From contig JAZDMR010000011.1 of assembly GCA_043800725.1 (NCBI GenBank), positions 21,369 through 85,368 of the forward strand: 64,000 nucleotides of DNA. Reading direction: 5' to 3'. The number at the start of each line of letters is the position of its first letter. Positions within the stretch are counted from its first letter, which is position 1. Of the stretch, positions 1-8,692 are shown in pieces. Under the pieces are notes generated by a model. The model had not been told where the DNA came from. It was given only the letters and a program-made list of their open reading frames with translations, and made no database searches. This DNA is from a bacterium. GTDB lineage: Bacteria > Patescibacteriota > Patescibacteriia > HK-STAS-PATE-3. Position numbers and translations under genes: made by a program.

Positions 1-35
1 GTAGGTGATTCTACGATAACTAGGTGTTTTGGCAT
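1..35 (-). CDS. topA: DNA topoisomerase I, 5' end only (runs off window)
   Basis: Minus-strand ATG at 35 reads MPKHLVIVESP, the N-terminal TOPRIM 'LVIVESP' motif; dprA-topA synteny is typical. Confidence 0.85.
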   Translation of the reverse strand, partial: MPKHLVIVESP

Positions 36-145
36 TAAACTTTTTGTTAGCACTGACTGGTTATGTACCAGGGTTTGCCTATATTCGTCAAGTCCCCAAA
101 TTAATTGACCAAGTCAATGTGGGTGTATTTATTAATGTTTTTATA

Positions 146-855
146 TTATTTGAGGTGATCCTTATAGAAGGGATATTTGCTTTCTTGACAAAGTTTTTCA
201 AAGTTTTGCCAATCTTTTTTGGTAGCTTTATTTCTCCACCATTTGGATTTTTCGAAAGAAAATCCTTGCATTAAGATCTCTCCGAGCTGGGGGCTAATCC
301 TTTTTTTATTTATTAGATAGGCAACTAGTTCCGAGTGATTTATTAAAGAATGTATGGTAATTTTTGTTCGCTGATAATAGGGATCCAGGGCATTTCGGCG
401 CTGAATAAATTAATTACGTTATTACAGACCAAACCTTCTTTTCGAATATTTTGAATCATTTGTTTTTTAGTTTGGCCGTGGCCCGAAGCATCATCAATTA
501 ATGCAATACGCCAATTAGGCTGGTAAGATCCTTCAATTACATTACGTTCACCTTTTATACCCCTCTTATCGCGTAGACAAAGAAATGGAAGGCCAGTTTG
601 TTGTGAAACAGAGACTGCTAGTGGTGTGCCCGCAGTAGGTGCTCCGCAGACCGCATCGATAGGCAGACGTTTAGCAATCTGACCCAGCGTTTTTCCAAAC
701 AAGTTTAAAATCTTGGGATCCGAATACATCCTACGTGAAGCAATATACATGCAGTAAAATCTATCCTGAGCACCATAAAATTTCCCCGGCATTAGGAAAG
801 GGAAATCGGAAAATAACTTCAGAAGCTGCTTCTTATATTTGGGGCTAGCGGTCAT
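146..855 (-). pseudogene. Orotate-PRTase-like phosphoribosyltransferase with one frameshift near 350 (pseudogene or assembly error)
   Basis: ORF 343..885 has PRPP loop IALIDDASGHGQTK; another frame continues IHSLINHSELVAYL...KWWRNK...DWQNFEKL..HLK* to 146; the repaired product is ~236 aa, like the 235-aa paralogs at 52.7-54.2 kb. Confidence 0.75.
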
Positions 856-856
856 A

Positions 857-1966
857 TTAGTTGAGAATATATTTTGAATTACCAATGTTCCGAAGATAAC
901 CTTTGACCTCCAAATGCGTACACATGGCGATTATTTGGTTACTATTAATTTTACTCTTCTCGATGACTTGGTCAACATGAATAGGATCGCTGCTAAATAG
1001 TTGAAGTATTTGTCGCTCCCGATCTGTTAATGCTTGGCGTGAAAACGATGAGTTTGGTTTATGAACTGTGATTTGTAGAGCATTTAGAACATCTTGAGGA
1101 TCGGTAATCACAGCTGCACCTTCCTTGATCAGATAATTAGTACCCATAGCTTGAGGATTAGTAATCGAACCTGGCACGGCCATAACTTCGCGGTTAGCCT
1201 CTAGGGCATAGCGGGCGGTTATTAAGGCGCCTGATTTTTGACCGGCCTCGATAACCAGGGTACCAGCTGATAGTCCAGCGATAATCCTGTTTCTGAGTGG
1301 AAATTGGTAGCTTAAGGGTTGAGTCTGGGGCGGGTATTCAGATAGCCAGCCGCCGCCTTGTTCAATAATCGATTCAGCCAAGTATTGATTCGTGCTGGGA
1401 TAGATATGATCCACCCCGGAAGCGAATACGGCAATAGTCCTTCCAGAAGCATCCAAAGTAGCTTGATGGGCTGCGGCATCAATACCCAGAGCCAGACCGG
1501 AAATAATTATTATTCCCTGGCTGGCTAGGGGTTTAATTAGCCGGTCGGTTATAGTAGCGCCAAGATTGGAAGGGATGCGCGTGCCAACTACTGAAAGACA
1601 GGGGCCGGCAGGCAGCTGGCCTTTTAAATAGAGTACGGACGGCGGGGCCGGGCTTTGCCTGAGCAGCTCAGGATAGTCATTATCTGGCAGGAGCAAGGTT
1701 TTGATTTGAAGCTGAGCTAATCGTTCTAAAAAGTCATCAGGATTAAATGTTGGCCTGATAAGGTTGATTTGTTTTAAGGTTGGTTTATTTAATCCCAATC
1801 GCGACAGCTGGTCGATTGAGCAATGCCAAGCCTTAGCCATCAGCTGAAAATAATCATTAAGCAGCTTAAAAGTTCCCGGTCCTATTCCGGGTATGGCGGA
1901 CCAGGCAATCCAGTACTTGCGCTCGTCTGGTGCTAGGTTTGAGGGTTGTTTTATGCGATTAAACAA
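857..1966 (-). CDS. dprA: DNA-processing protein DprA
   Basis: VVGTR, SGLALGIDAAAH, FPLRNRIIAGLS, EAGQKSGALITA motifs; C-terminal winged helix. Confidence 0.97.
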   Translation of the reverse strand: MFNRIKQPSNLAPDERKYWIAWSAIPGIGPGTFKLLNDYFQLMAKAWHCSIDQLSRLGLNKPTLKQINLIRPTFNPDDFLERLAQLQIKTLLLPDNDYPELLRQSPAPPSVLYLKGQLPAGPCLSVVGTRIPSNLGATITDRLIKPLASQGIIIISGLALGIDAAAHQATLDASGRTIAVFASGVDHIYPSTNQYLAESIIEQGGGWLSEYPPQTQPLSYQFPLRNRIIAGLSAGTLVIEAGQKSGALITARYALEANREVMAVPGSITNPQAMGTNYLIKEGAAVITDPQDVLNALQITVHKPNSSFSRQALTDRERQILQLFSSDPIHVDQVIEKSKINSNQIIAMCTHLEVKGYLRNIGNSKYILN

Positions 1967-2065
1967 AAATGGCCTTTCTAAGTCGCCACCTGTTTAACAA
2001 GTTATCAATAAATTATTAGTTGGTCAATCTGTTGAAGAAAAAAATTTCGCACAGGCAAAGATTTT

Positions 2066-2180
2066 CACCGCCGTACGGGATCCCGCTTCCTCATATTATT
2101 TTAATTTGTAGCGGGGGATCTTTGCTTAAAAAACCACCCAGGATCACCCCCGATCAAGTCGGGGGCCGGACTATGCGGTT
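2066..2180. repeat. REP/MITE-like composite palindromic repeat
   Basis: CGGGATCCCG and CCCCCGATCAAGTCGGGGG palindromes; related motifs at 45433, ~49406, ~50655 and ~55320. Confidence 0.65.
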
Positions 2181-2216
2181 TAAGAGATGGGAATAGCTAT
2201 GCGTATAAGGATTGAT

Positions 2217-3617
2217 TTAGCTGAACTGATTAATAATTACTCGAATCGCGAAGTAGATGAAGAATATGGAAATGCCGGACATAATGATATTGGTCAGCCA
2301 GTTTGGCCTCAAGGGTTTGGGCAGGCGAGTATTGTTTAAATAAATCAGGAAAGGCGTATAAATAGCCATGGTTAAGCCGCCCAAGACCGCGGAAATAACC
2401 AGCAGCGTTAATGGTTGCTCCAAAGGCAATAATGCGGCTCCGATTATCACTACCGCGACAATGATTGTGTAATATAGCCGGCTAAGAGAGATGTTTTTTA
2501 ACCAAGATAGTTTACTGGAAAACGGACCGACTCGCGAGTTGGTATACAAAATATTGCTGACGATTCTTGTTAGTGCATCGATCACGGTCCACATGACCGA
2601 GAAGAGCATCAAGAAAGCCATGATCAGGAAAAGATAATAGCCGACCTGTCCCCAATTATCACTAAATATTTTAGCCTGGGTCACAGCCACATCCAGACCT
2701 TCTGGCACCAGGCCCTGAGGCGTCAAGACCACATAAGCGTTAACGCTGAGCAATATCAAAGTAATCAAACCTAACAGCCAGAAAATAATGCCCTGGTCGA
2801 CCCGGACGTATCTCATCCAGCCTTTCCAGCGGCGCAAATTTTTTTCATTAGGCTCAAAGGTAAAGCCGGTCGGTTCGACAGCTTCGGATTTGCCAGTGAT
2901 TGGGTTTTCAATCCTGCCAACATACTTAGCCATACCCAGCTGCTTATCCCGATACCATAGCGATACGGCCAGATTAAGCATGCCGCCAGCCCCGGCAAAC
3001 ACCACGGCGCTTAATAGCAAATTAATGTCTATGCCCTCGGGGATATGCCCGAAATTTACCAAGCCCTTGAATGTTTCTACCAGATCAGATCCGGATAAGT
3101 TGAAAAAGCTGATGGTTAGCAACATCACAAAAAAAACAGGGACAGTTATTTTTAAAGATTTTTCCAGCATGGCGTAGGCGGCCCGTCCGCTAAAAGTCAG
3201 CACCAAAACCAGGGCCAGAGTAATCCAGGACCACATCAAATGACTGCCAAAACCAAACAGCTCGCGTAGCAGAGTGCCGATTGAGCTGGCCCAGCCCGGC
3301 CAGATATACAGCAAAATAGCGGAAAAAAACCAAAAAACGGTTGACCATTTTAATACCCGTGCCGAAGTAGCAAAAAAGCCTTCACCAGTAGCTAGGGCAT
3401 GGCGAGCTACTTCCTGGTTGATGAAATATTGAAAACTAATTCCTAAAAGAGCCAGCCAAAGCAGACCCAAGCCGAATTTGGTAATTAAATGCGGCCAGAT
3501 TATTAGCTCGCCAGTGCCGATAGCCAAGCCCATAACCACCACCCCGACACCCAAAGCCTTGGTCCAGTTTGGCGGTGCGGGAAGTTCTCGTTTTTCTAAT
3601 GGAGGATAGCGACCCAT
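2217..3617 (-). CDS. Nramp-like (YcsG-type) divalent metal/solute transporter
   Basis: About 11 hydrophobic segments; N-terminal 'GLAIGTGELIIWP' motif. Confidence 0.75.
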   Translation of the reverse strand: MGRYPPLEKRELPAPPNWTKALGVGVVVMGLAIGTGELIIWPHLITKFGLGLLWLALLGISFQYFINQEVARHALATGEGFFATSARVLKWSTVFWFFSAILLYIWPGWASSIGTLLRELFGFGSHLMWSWITLALVLVLTFSGRAAYAMLEKSLKITVPVFFVMLLTISFFNLSGSDLVETFKGLVNFGHIPEGIDINLLLSAVVFAGAGGMLNLAVSLWYRDKQLGMAKYVGRIENPITGKSEAVEPTGFTFEPNEKNLRRWKGWMRYVRVDQGIIFWLLGLITLILLSVNAYVVLTPQGLVPEGLDVAVTQAKIFSDNWGQVGYYLFLIMAFLMLFSVMWTVIDALTRIVSNILYTNSRVGPFSSKLSWLKNISLSRLYYTIIVAVVIIGAALLPLEQPLTLLVISAVLGGLTMAIYTPFLIYLNNTRLPKPLRPNWLTNIIMSGISIFFIYFAIRVIINQFS

Positions 3618-3682
3618 TTATTTTTACAGTATAGCTAAACTGGCTAATTCTTAATTAGTATACACTGGAAATTGGCTGGAGG

Positions 3683-6600
3683 CTAATTGTCTTTGGGTAG
3701 CTGAAGCTTGGCAACTATTTTTTGCAGGGTTTTTAGCCAGTCAACATCCAAGGCGTTCTTATCGATCTTCGCTTGGTCGCCCATAAAGGACCACTCGGTG
3801 GCGAATTTCTTCAGGATTTTCATGGTGTCAACAGAGACCTTGCTGGCGAATTTCAATAAAATTCTTTCTTTAGGCAAGCCATCTACAGAAATTTTTGAGG
3901 CGGTTAAATGGGTCAGGTCGGTATGCTGGGACAAAATTTTAATTTTTAAAACTTCAAATAAATTGCTTAGGCTTTTTGGCAAGTCAACGCCGCGGAACTC
4001 TTTGTTGATAAAAGCGGTCAAATCTTGTTCAGTAGTTAGACCCGCCAGCTGCTGATAAATCTTTAAACGTCTCGGCTCGCTAGGCACCAAAGTTTGCGGA
4101 ATACCGATTTCAACGGGCAGATCAATTTGTACGTCTCGCAGCGGTCTAGGGATTGCTCCGGTTTTGTATTCATCAATAGCTTGGGCCAGCAGCCTGGTAT
4201 ACAGGGCCAGACCAATAGCCGCAACCTTGCCGTGCTGTTCGCGGCCCAACAAGTTGCCGGTGCCCCTGATTTCCAGATCCCGGAGAGCGATTTGAAAACC
4301 AGAGCCGAGCTCTTTGGCTTCCAAAAGCGCTTGCAGGCGTTTACGGGCTGAATCATTCAGCTTGTTTGCGTGGTATAAGAAATAGGCATAAGCCTGGCGC
4401 TTACTGCGTCCGACCCGGCCCCTGAGCTGATATAATTGCGCCAGGCCGAACTTAGGCGAGTTATCAACGATTAGGGTATTTACATTAGGCAGGTCCAGTC
4501 CGCTTTCAATAATTGTCGAGCAAACCAGGAGGTTAGTTTTTTTATTGTCAAAATCGGACATTGAACGAGCCAAGGTTTCCTCGGCCATTTGCCCGTGAGC
4601 AATGCCGATTTTGGCTTGGGGCACCAGCTTTTGTAATCTTTGGGCGGCTAACTCGATTGTTTCCACATTATTATAGAGATAATAGATCTGGCCCTTGCGC
4701 TTAAGTTCCCGCTCAATTGCTTTAATGACAATTGCGTCTTCATAGGGCTTGATAATTGTTTCAATCGGTAAGCGCCCCTCGGGAGGCGTTTCGATAACGC
4801 TGATGTCTCTTAAGCCAGACAGAGCGAAATTCAGAGTGCGAGGAATAGGCGTGGCTGTCAGGGTCAAAATGTGGGCCTGGGTGCGCAAGCGCTTAAGTTG
4901 TTCCTTATGTCGCACGCCGAATCTCTGCTCCTCGTCGATAATAATCAGGCCTAAGTCGCGAAAGATGATATCCGGTGAAAGCAAGCGATGCGTGCCGATA
5001 ATAATATCAACATCGCGAGTGCGCAGTTTGCGGACCACCTCACCCTGTTCTTTATCGGAGCGAAAACGCGAAAGTATTTCTATTTTTACATTAATACCTT
5101 TAAGTCTTTGCTGAAAAGTATCATAGTGCTGCTGAGTTAAAATAGTAGTGGGCGAGAGCAAAGCGACTTGTTTGCCGTTCAGCACCGCTTTTAGGGCCGC
5201 CCGGATAGCCACTTCAGTTTTACCAAAACCTACGTCTCCGCAAACCAAGCGATCCATAGGCTTGCTCTTGGACAGATCTTCCATTACCTCATCGATCACG
5301 TGAGACTGGTCAGTAGTTAGCTCATAAGCAAATGAGTCAGCTAACTCACGCTCTTCCGGGAAAGTCTGGCTAAATGCCGCCGCTTTTGACGTATCGCGCT
5401 GAGCATAAAGCTGAAGCAGCTCCTGGGCGATTTTTGAGGCTTCTTCGCGTATTTTGTGGGTTATCTGATACCAATTGCTGCCGGACAAGCGATGGAGCTT
5501 CGGCTGGGCCAGGCCAAAATATTTAGTAATTTTTTCCGCAGATTCGACCGGCACAAAAAGCTTATCGCTCTCAGCATATTCAATCACAAAGTATTCTTTG
5601 GTGATGTCATCGATTTTATTTGAGGTCATGCCAGTAAACTGTCCAATGCCGTGATCTAAGTGAACAACGAAGTCGCCCATCCTGAGTTCAGCAATAAAAA
5701 CCGAAGCACTGACTCGCGGACCTTGTTTTTCCGGCTTAGCCTCAACTTTTTCGCCGAAGATGTCCGTGTCCGCAAACACACTTATTTTTTCCTGATCGTT
5801 GCGCCAACCGTAAATTATCTGTCCGGGCGCGGGTTTTAAAAAGGTGAGCAGATCAAGCTTTTTACTTTGAAACAGCTTGGCTAGAGAGTGCTTATGTTCA
5901 GTAATGATTTGGATTTCAAAACCGGTCTTTTGCAGTTTTTTAATATCATCAGTAAATTGGTTCAGGTGATTATGATAAAGTTTTTGAGATTGGAAATCAT
6001 AAGCCAGCGATTTCTGAGTGCCAAAGGTATAAAAAGTGATTTGTTTGAAGTGACTGAGCTGCTGAGAATATTTAGGCCAGTCTTGATCAAGCTCCTGAAA
6101 GCTCTCAGGATCAGAACTGATAACAATTGTTTTTTCTGAAGGCAGATAATCAAAAACTGAAGCGCTCATAGCGGTATTATTAAGCTTGATAGGCAGGATT
6201 GTAATAGTATTTTGAGCAGTTCCCGTACGTCGGGTAGTAATAGTAACTGGTTTGATTGAATCAATCTTAGAACCAACAAATTCCAGCCGTAATGGCTTAT
6301 TAAGCTGAGGTGAATATATATCCACAATACCCCCTCGCCGAGAATAGGTGCCTGGGCTGTCAGCTTGAGTTTCCTGTGCGTAGCCTATTTTTATGAGATG
6401 CTCTGCTAATCGGATTAAATCGTATTCTTGACCAGCATTAAGTTTCAAAGTAGCTTGCTGCAAAACGGTAGGCGAAGGAAAAGGATAATGCATAATTGGC
6501 AAAGACAGAATAGTAACTCCCGACCGGCCCTTGGCTAAGTTGGATAAAGCCTGAACATTGGAAGGCTCAAGATCAGTTATCGGTACTGGCTTCTTTAATA

Positions 6601-6814
6601 TCTCCCCCCAGAATTTAAGCTGATGAAAAAGCTCTTCTCCTTCGCGGATGTTTCGGACCAACCATAAAACCACCCAGTCTTTGGCCATTAACGGCAAAGC
6701 CTGAGACATCAACCAAGCTTTAGCAGAGCTATTAGTAAGTCCGGAAAGCTCGGTTTGGCTTTCCTTTTTGATAAGTTCGGCAATAGCCGAACCAGGTGTT
6801 TTGGTACGGTTCAC
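3683..6814 (-). CDS. mfd: Transcription-repair coupling factor
   Basis: RID (GDFVVHLDHGIG), GDVGFGKTEVA, DEEQRFGV, TATPIPRTL, QLRGRVGR, RDLEIRG, TRCF C-terminus. Confidence 0.98.
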   Translation of the reverse strand: MNRTKTPGSAIAELIKKESQTELSGLTNSSAKAWLMSQALPLMAKDWVVLWLVRNIREGEELFHQLKFWGEILKKPVPITDLEPSNVQALSNLAKGRSGVTILSLPIMHYPFPSPTVLQQATLKLNAGQEYDLIRLAEHLIKIGYAQETQADSPGTYSRRGGIVDIYSPQLNKPLRLEFVGSKIDSIKPVTITTRRTGTAQNTITILPIKLNNTAMSASVFDYLPSEKTIVISSDPESFQELDQDWPKYSQQLSHFKQITFYTFGTQKSLAYDFQSQKLYHNHLNQFTDDIKKLQKTGFEIQIITEHKHSLAKLFQSKKLDLLTFLKPAPGQIIYGWRNDQEKISVFADTDIFGEKVEAKPEKQGPRVSASVFIAELRMGDFVVHLDHGIGQFTGMTSNKIDDITKEYFVIEYAESDKLFVPVESAEKITKYFGLAQPKLHRLSGSNWYQITHKIREEASKIAQELLQLYAQRDTSKAAAFSQTFPEERELADSFAYELTTDQSHVIDEVMEDLSKSKPMDRLVCGDVGFGKTEVAIRAALKAVLNGKQVALLSPTTILTQQHYDTFQQRLKGINVKIEILSRFRSDKEQGEVVRKLRTRDVDIIIGTHRLLSPDIIFRDLGLIIIDEEQRFGVRHKEQLKRLRTQAHILTLTATPIPRTLNFALSGLRDISVIETPPEGRLPIETIIKPYEDAIVIKAIERELKRKGQIYYLYNNVETIELAAQRLQKLVPQAKIGIAHGQMAEETLARSMSDFDNKKTNLLVCSTIIESGLDLPNVNTLIVDNSPKFGLAQLYQLRGRVGRSKRQAYAYFLYHANKLNDSARKRLQALLEAKELGSGFQIALRDLEIRGTGNLLGREQHGKVAAIGLALYTRLLAQAIDEYKTGAIPRPLRDVQIDLPVEIGIPQTLVPSEPRRLKIYQQLAGLTTEQDLTAFINKEFRGVDLPKSLSNLFEVLKIKILSQHTDLTHLTASKISVDGLPKERILLKFASKVSVDTMKILKKFATEWSFMGDQAKIDKNALDVDWLKTLQKIVAKLQLPKDN

Positions 6815-6923
6815 TTAAGATAGATAATTGATACTCAAACAAACAAAGTCATTCGCATCTCATGCGTTCATATACAAGTATAGCGCAGATAGGCGATTTT
6901 GGCAATATCTGCCTAAAAAGGGC

Positions 6924-6952
6924 TTGACATAGCAGAAAACATGTGTTATCGT
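6924..6952 (+). promoter_or_regulatory. sigma70 promoter upstream of the structured RNA/tRNA cluster
   Basis: TTGACA-17 bp-TATCGT with extended -10 TG. Confidence 0.7.
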
Positions 6953-6966
6953 TGCCAGTTACTTTA

Positions 6967-7110
6967 AAAATCTCATGCTTAGCACGCTATTGATAAGTTG
7001 CGAACTAACTGCGACCCCTCCTTAGCAGTTATAGTAGCTTAAAGTTAAGGTCTAAACTGTTTTCAGCTTAAATCTTACGCTTATCAGTAGCGTAGTGGGT
7101 GTGAGATTTT
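6967..7110 (+). ncRNA. Candidate ~145-nt structured RNA (long closing stem, two inner hairpins)
   Basis: AAAATCTCATGCTTA..ACGCTATTGATAAG pairs with CTTATCAGTAGCGT..TGGGTGTGAGATTTT; inner TAACTGC/GCAGTTA; begins just after the promoter; no ORF. Confidence 0.5.
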
Positions 7111-7206
7111 GTGTCTTGACTCTCTAGCAATAATCAGATAAATTCAGTCAGCGTGGTTTTGTTACCATGCCAAGTTCGTTTGATTATAGTAGCGCAATCG
7201 TCTGGT

Positions 7207-7337
7207 GAGGGGTGTAGCTCAGTTCGGTAGAGTGCAAGACTGTGGATCTTGAAGTCGGTGGTTCTCTCGCATTGCCGCGGGATCCCGCAATCGTTGTTTA
7301 AATAATGGGGTGCGGGAAAATCCGTTCACCCTTCCCA
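7207..7337 (+). tRNA. tRNA-His(GUG) with 53-nt T-loop insertion (7265..7317)
   Basis: G-1, acceptor AGGGGTG/CACCCTT, C73, CCA; anticodon arm CAAGA-CTGTGGA-TCTTG; T-loop TTC|insert|AAAT. Confidence 0.85.
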
Positions 7338-7355
7338 AGTTCTTTGTAAATTTAT

Positions 7356-7431
7356 GCGCCGGTAGCTCAATGTTTGGTAGAGCGGCCGATTCTTAATCGG
7401 CAGGTTGTGGGATCGAGCCCCACCTGGCGCA
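7356..7431 (+). tRNA. tRNA-Lys(CUU)
   Basis: Cloverleaf with acceptor GCGCCGG/CTGGCGC, anticodon loop TTCTTAA; atypical T-loop ATCGAGC. Confidence 0.9.
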
Positions 7432-7454
7432 CAGTTTATCATTACAGATCGGTT

Positions 7455-7533
7455 TCGGGGGGTGGAGTTGCGACTGGTACAACGTCAAGGCAGTCTGTCC
7501 TGACGACACTTGCCGAGCTCGAGGGCCCCCCGA
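7455..7533 (+). repeat. ~79-nt structured repeat, copy 1
   Basis: TCGGGGGG...CCCCCCGA rod hairpin; aligns along its length with 7674..7751. Confidence 0.8.
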
Positions 7534-7582
7534 TCTATCTTCTCCGAAGTTTCTACATGGAGTGGCGCTACAGTTTTAGAGG

Positions 7583-7668
7583 GCTGACGTAGCTCAGATG
7601 GTAGAGCATCGGCAAGTACTGGAAGGGAAAGCCGAGGGTCACGAGTTCGAGTCTCGTCGTCAGCTCCA
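7583..7668 (+). tRNA. tRNA-like gene (Thr-like body) with a 17-nt anticodon loop; anticodon not assignable
   Basis: Acceptor GCTGACG/CGTCAGC+T+CCA, canonical D arm and T arm (ACGAG TTCGAGT CTCGT); stem TCGGC/GCCGA encloses AAGTACTGGAAGGGAAA. Confidence 0.7.
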
Positions 7669-7673
7669 GTTTG

Positions 7674-7751
7674 TCGGGGGCTAAAGTTACGACAGGTATA
7701 CCGTTGGGGCAATCTGCCCTGACGCCACTTGCCGAACTCGATGCCCCCCGA
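7674..7751 (+). repeat. ~78-nt structured repeat, copy 2
   Basis: Same rod structure as 7455..7533 with structure-compatible substitutions. Confidence 0.8.
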
Positions 7752-7771
7752 CCAGATCTTTCAAAGTATTC

Positions 7772-7890
7772 GCGGGAATAGCTCAGTGGCTAGAGCGGCT
7801 GACTTTTAATCAGTAGGTTGGGGGTTCTCCGCCACCGAAAGTAGGAATAGTTGGCGGATCAGCCTCAAGCCGAGAGTCCCATTTCCCGTA
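7772..7890 (+). tRNA. tRNA-Lys(UUU) with 46-nt T-loop insertion (7828..7873)
   Basis: Acceptor GCGGGAA/TTCCCGT; anticodon arm GCTGA-CTTTTAA-TCAGT; T-loop TTC|insert|GAGT. Confidence 0.85.
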
Positions 7891-7920
7891 CAAGTTTCCA
7901 TCCTCCTCAAGGTGGATCCC

Positions 7921-7989
7921 GAGTGCCGTTGCTTAAACTTTTCCTTGGTTGATTCCTCGGACCAGTTGAAGCACGGCGCTTTTTCTTTT
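7921..7989 (+). terminator. Probable terminator of the tRNA cluster
   Basis: AGTGCCGT.TGCTT...AAGCACGGCGCT stem followed by a T-run. Confidence 0.6.
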
Positions 7990-8158
7990 ATCTCAATATA
8001 GCTAGATATTTTGATATGTTAAATAAATAACAAGAAACAATATCAAAATACAAACAATATTCAATAACTAATTACCAAGTCCCCCAACTGTTTGATCTAT
8101 CGGAGCTTGAATATTGTGGCTTGCTTGTTATTTGATTATTAGATTTTGTTAATTATTT

Positions 8159-8692
8159 TTACTGCGTCCACTTAAGCAGGAAATCGACAATCGGTTGAAC
8201 AGTTTGCTCTATCTGCTTTTGTTGCTCCTCAGTAAATTTTTGCAGAACATAATCTTCGGCCGGGATGCCCAGTTCTCGGTTGGAGCCGATACCGATGCGC
8301 AAGCGATAAAAGTCCTGAGTGCCAAGCTTGGCGACAATTGACTCAACGCCATTATGCCCGGCCGTACCTCGGTCTTGAGCTGGTCTTAATTCGCCCGGCG
8401 GTAGATCCAGATCGTCATGGATGATCAGGAGGTCTTTTAAAGCCAATCGATAGAAACGGACCATCTCACCGACTGCCTCGCCGGATCTATTCATAAATGT
8501 TTGAGGTTTCATGAAAAACCAGTGATGGGCCGGGTCGTCATTGCGGGTGATCTCTGCTTCGAATTTTTTATTGAAAGAAAAAGGCGCCAGGGATAAATAT
8601 TCTACCAGCTGATCAACCGCCCAAAAGCCGACGTTGTGGCGCGTGTCATCATATTGTTTCCCGGGATTGCCCAGGCCGACGATAAGTTTCAT
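8159..8692 (-). CDS. pth: Peptidyl-tRNA hydrolase
   Basis: LIVGLGNPG, TRHNVGF, KPQTFMNRSG, HDDLD, GHNG motifs. Confidence 0.98.
   Translation of the reverse strand: MKLIVGLGNPGKQYDDTRHNVGFWAVDQLVEYLSLAPFSFNKKFEAEITRNDDPAHHWFFMKPQTFMNRSGEAVGEMVRFYRLALKDLLIIHDDLDLPPGELRPAQDRGTAGHNGVESIVAKLGTQDFYRLRIGIGSNRELGIPAEDYVLQKFTEEQQKQIEQTVQPIVDFLLKWTQ

Noticed and set aside
7583-7668. tRNA-Sec or tmRNA
   Set aside because: No UCA anticodon, long variable arm or extended acceptor stem; no Ala G3-U70 pair or tag reading frame.
7374-7712. ORFs 7374..7592(+) and 7485..7712(-), likewise 25919..26128(-)
   Set aside because: They overlap tRNA genes and are chance open frames.
7265-7873. Group I/II or archaeal BHB introns in the tRNAs
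   Set aside because: Inserts of 46-53 nt are far too short for self-splicing introns, and no clear bulge-helix-bulge forms at the junctions.
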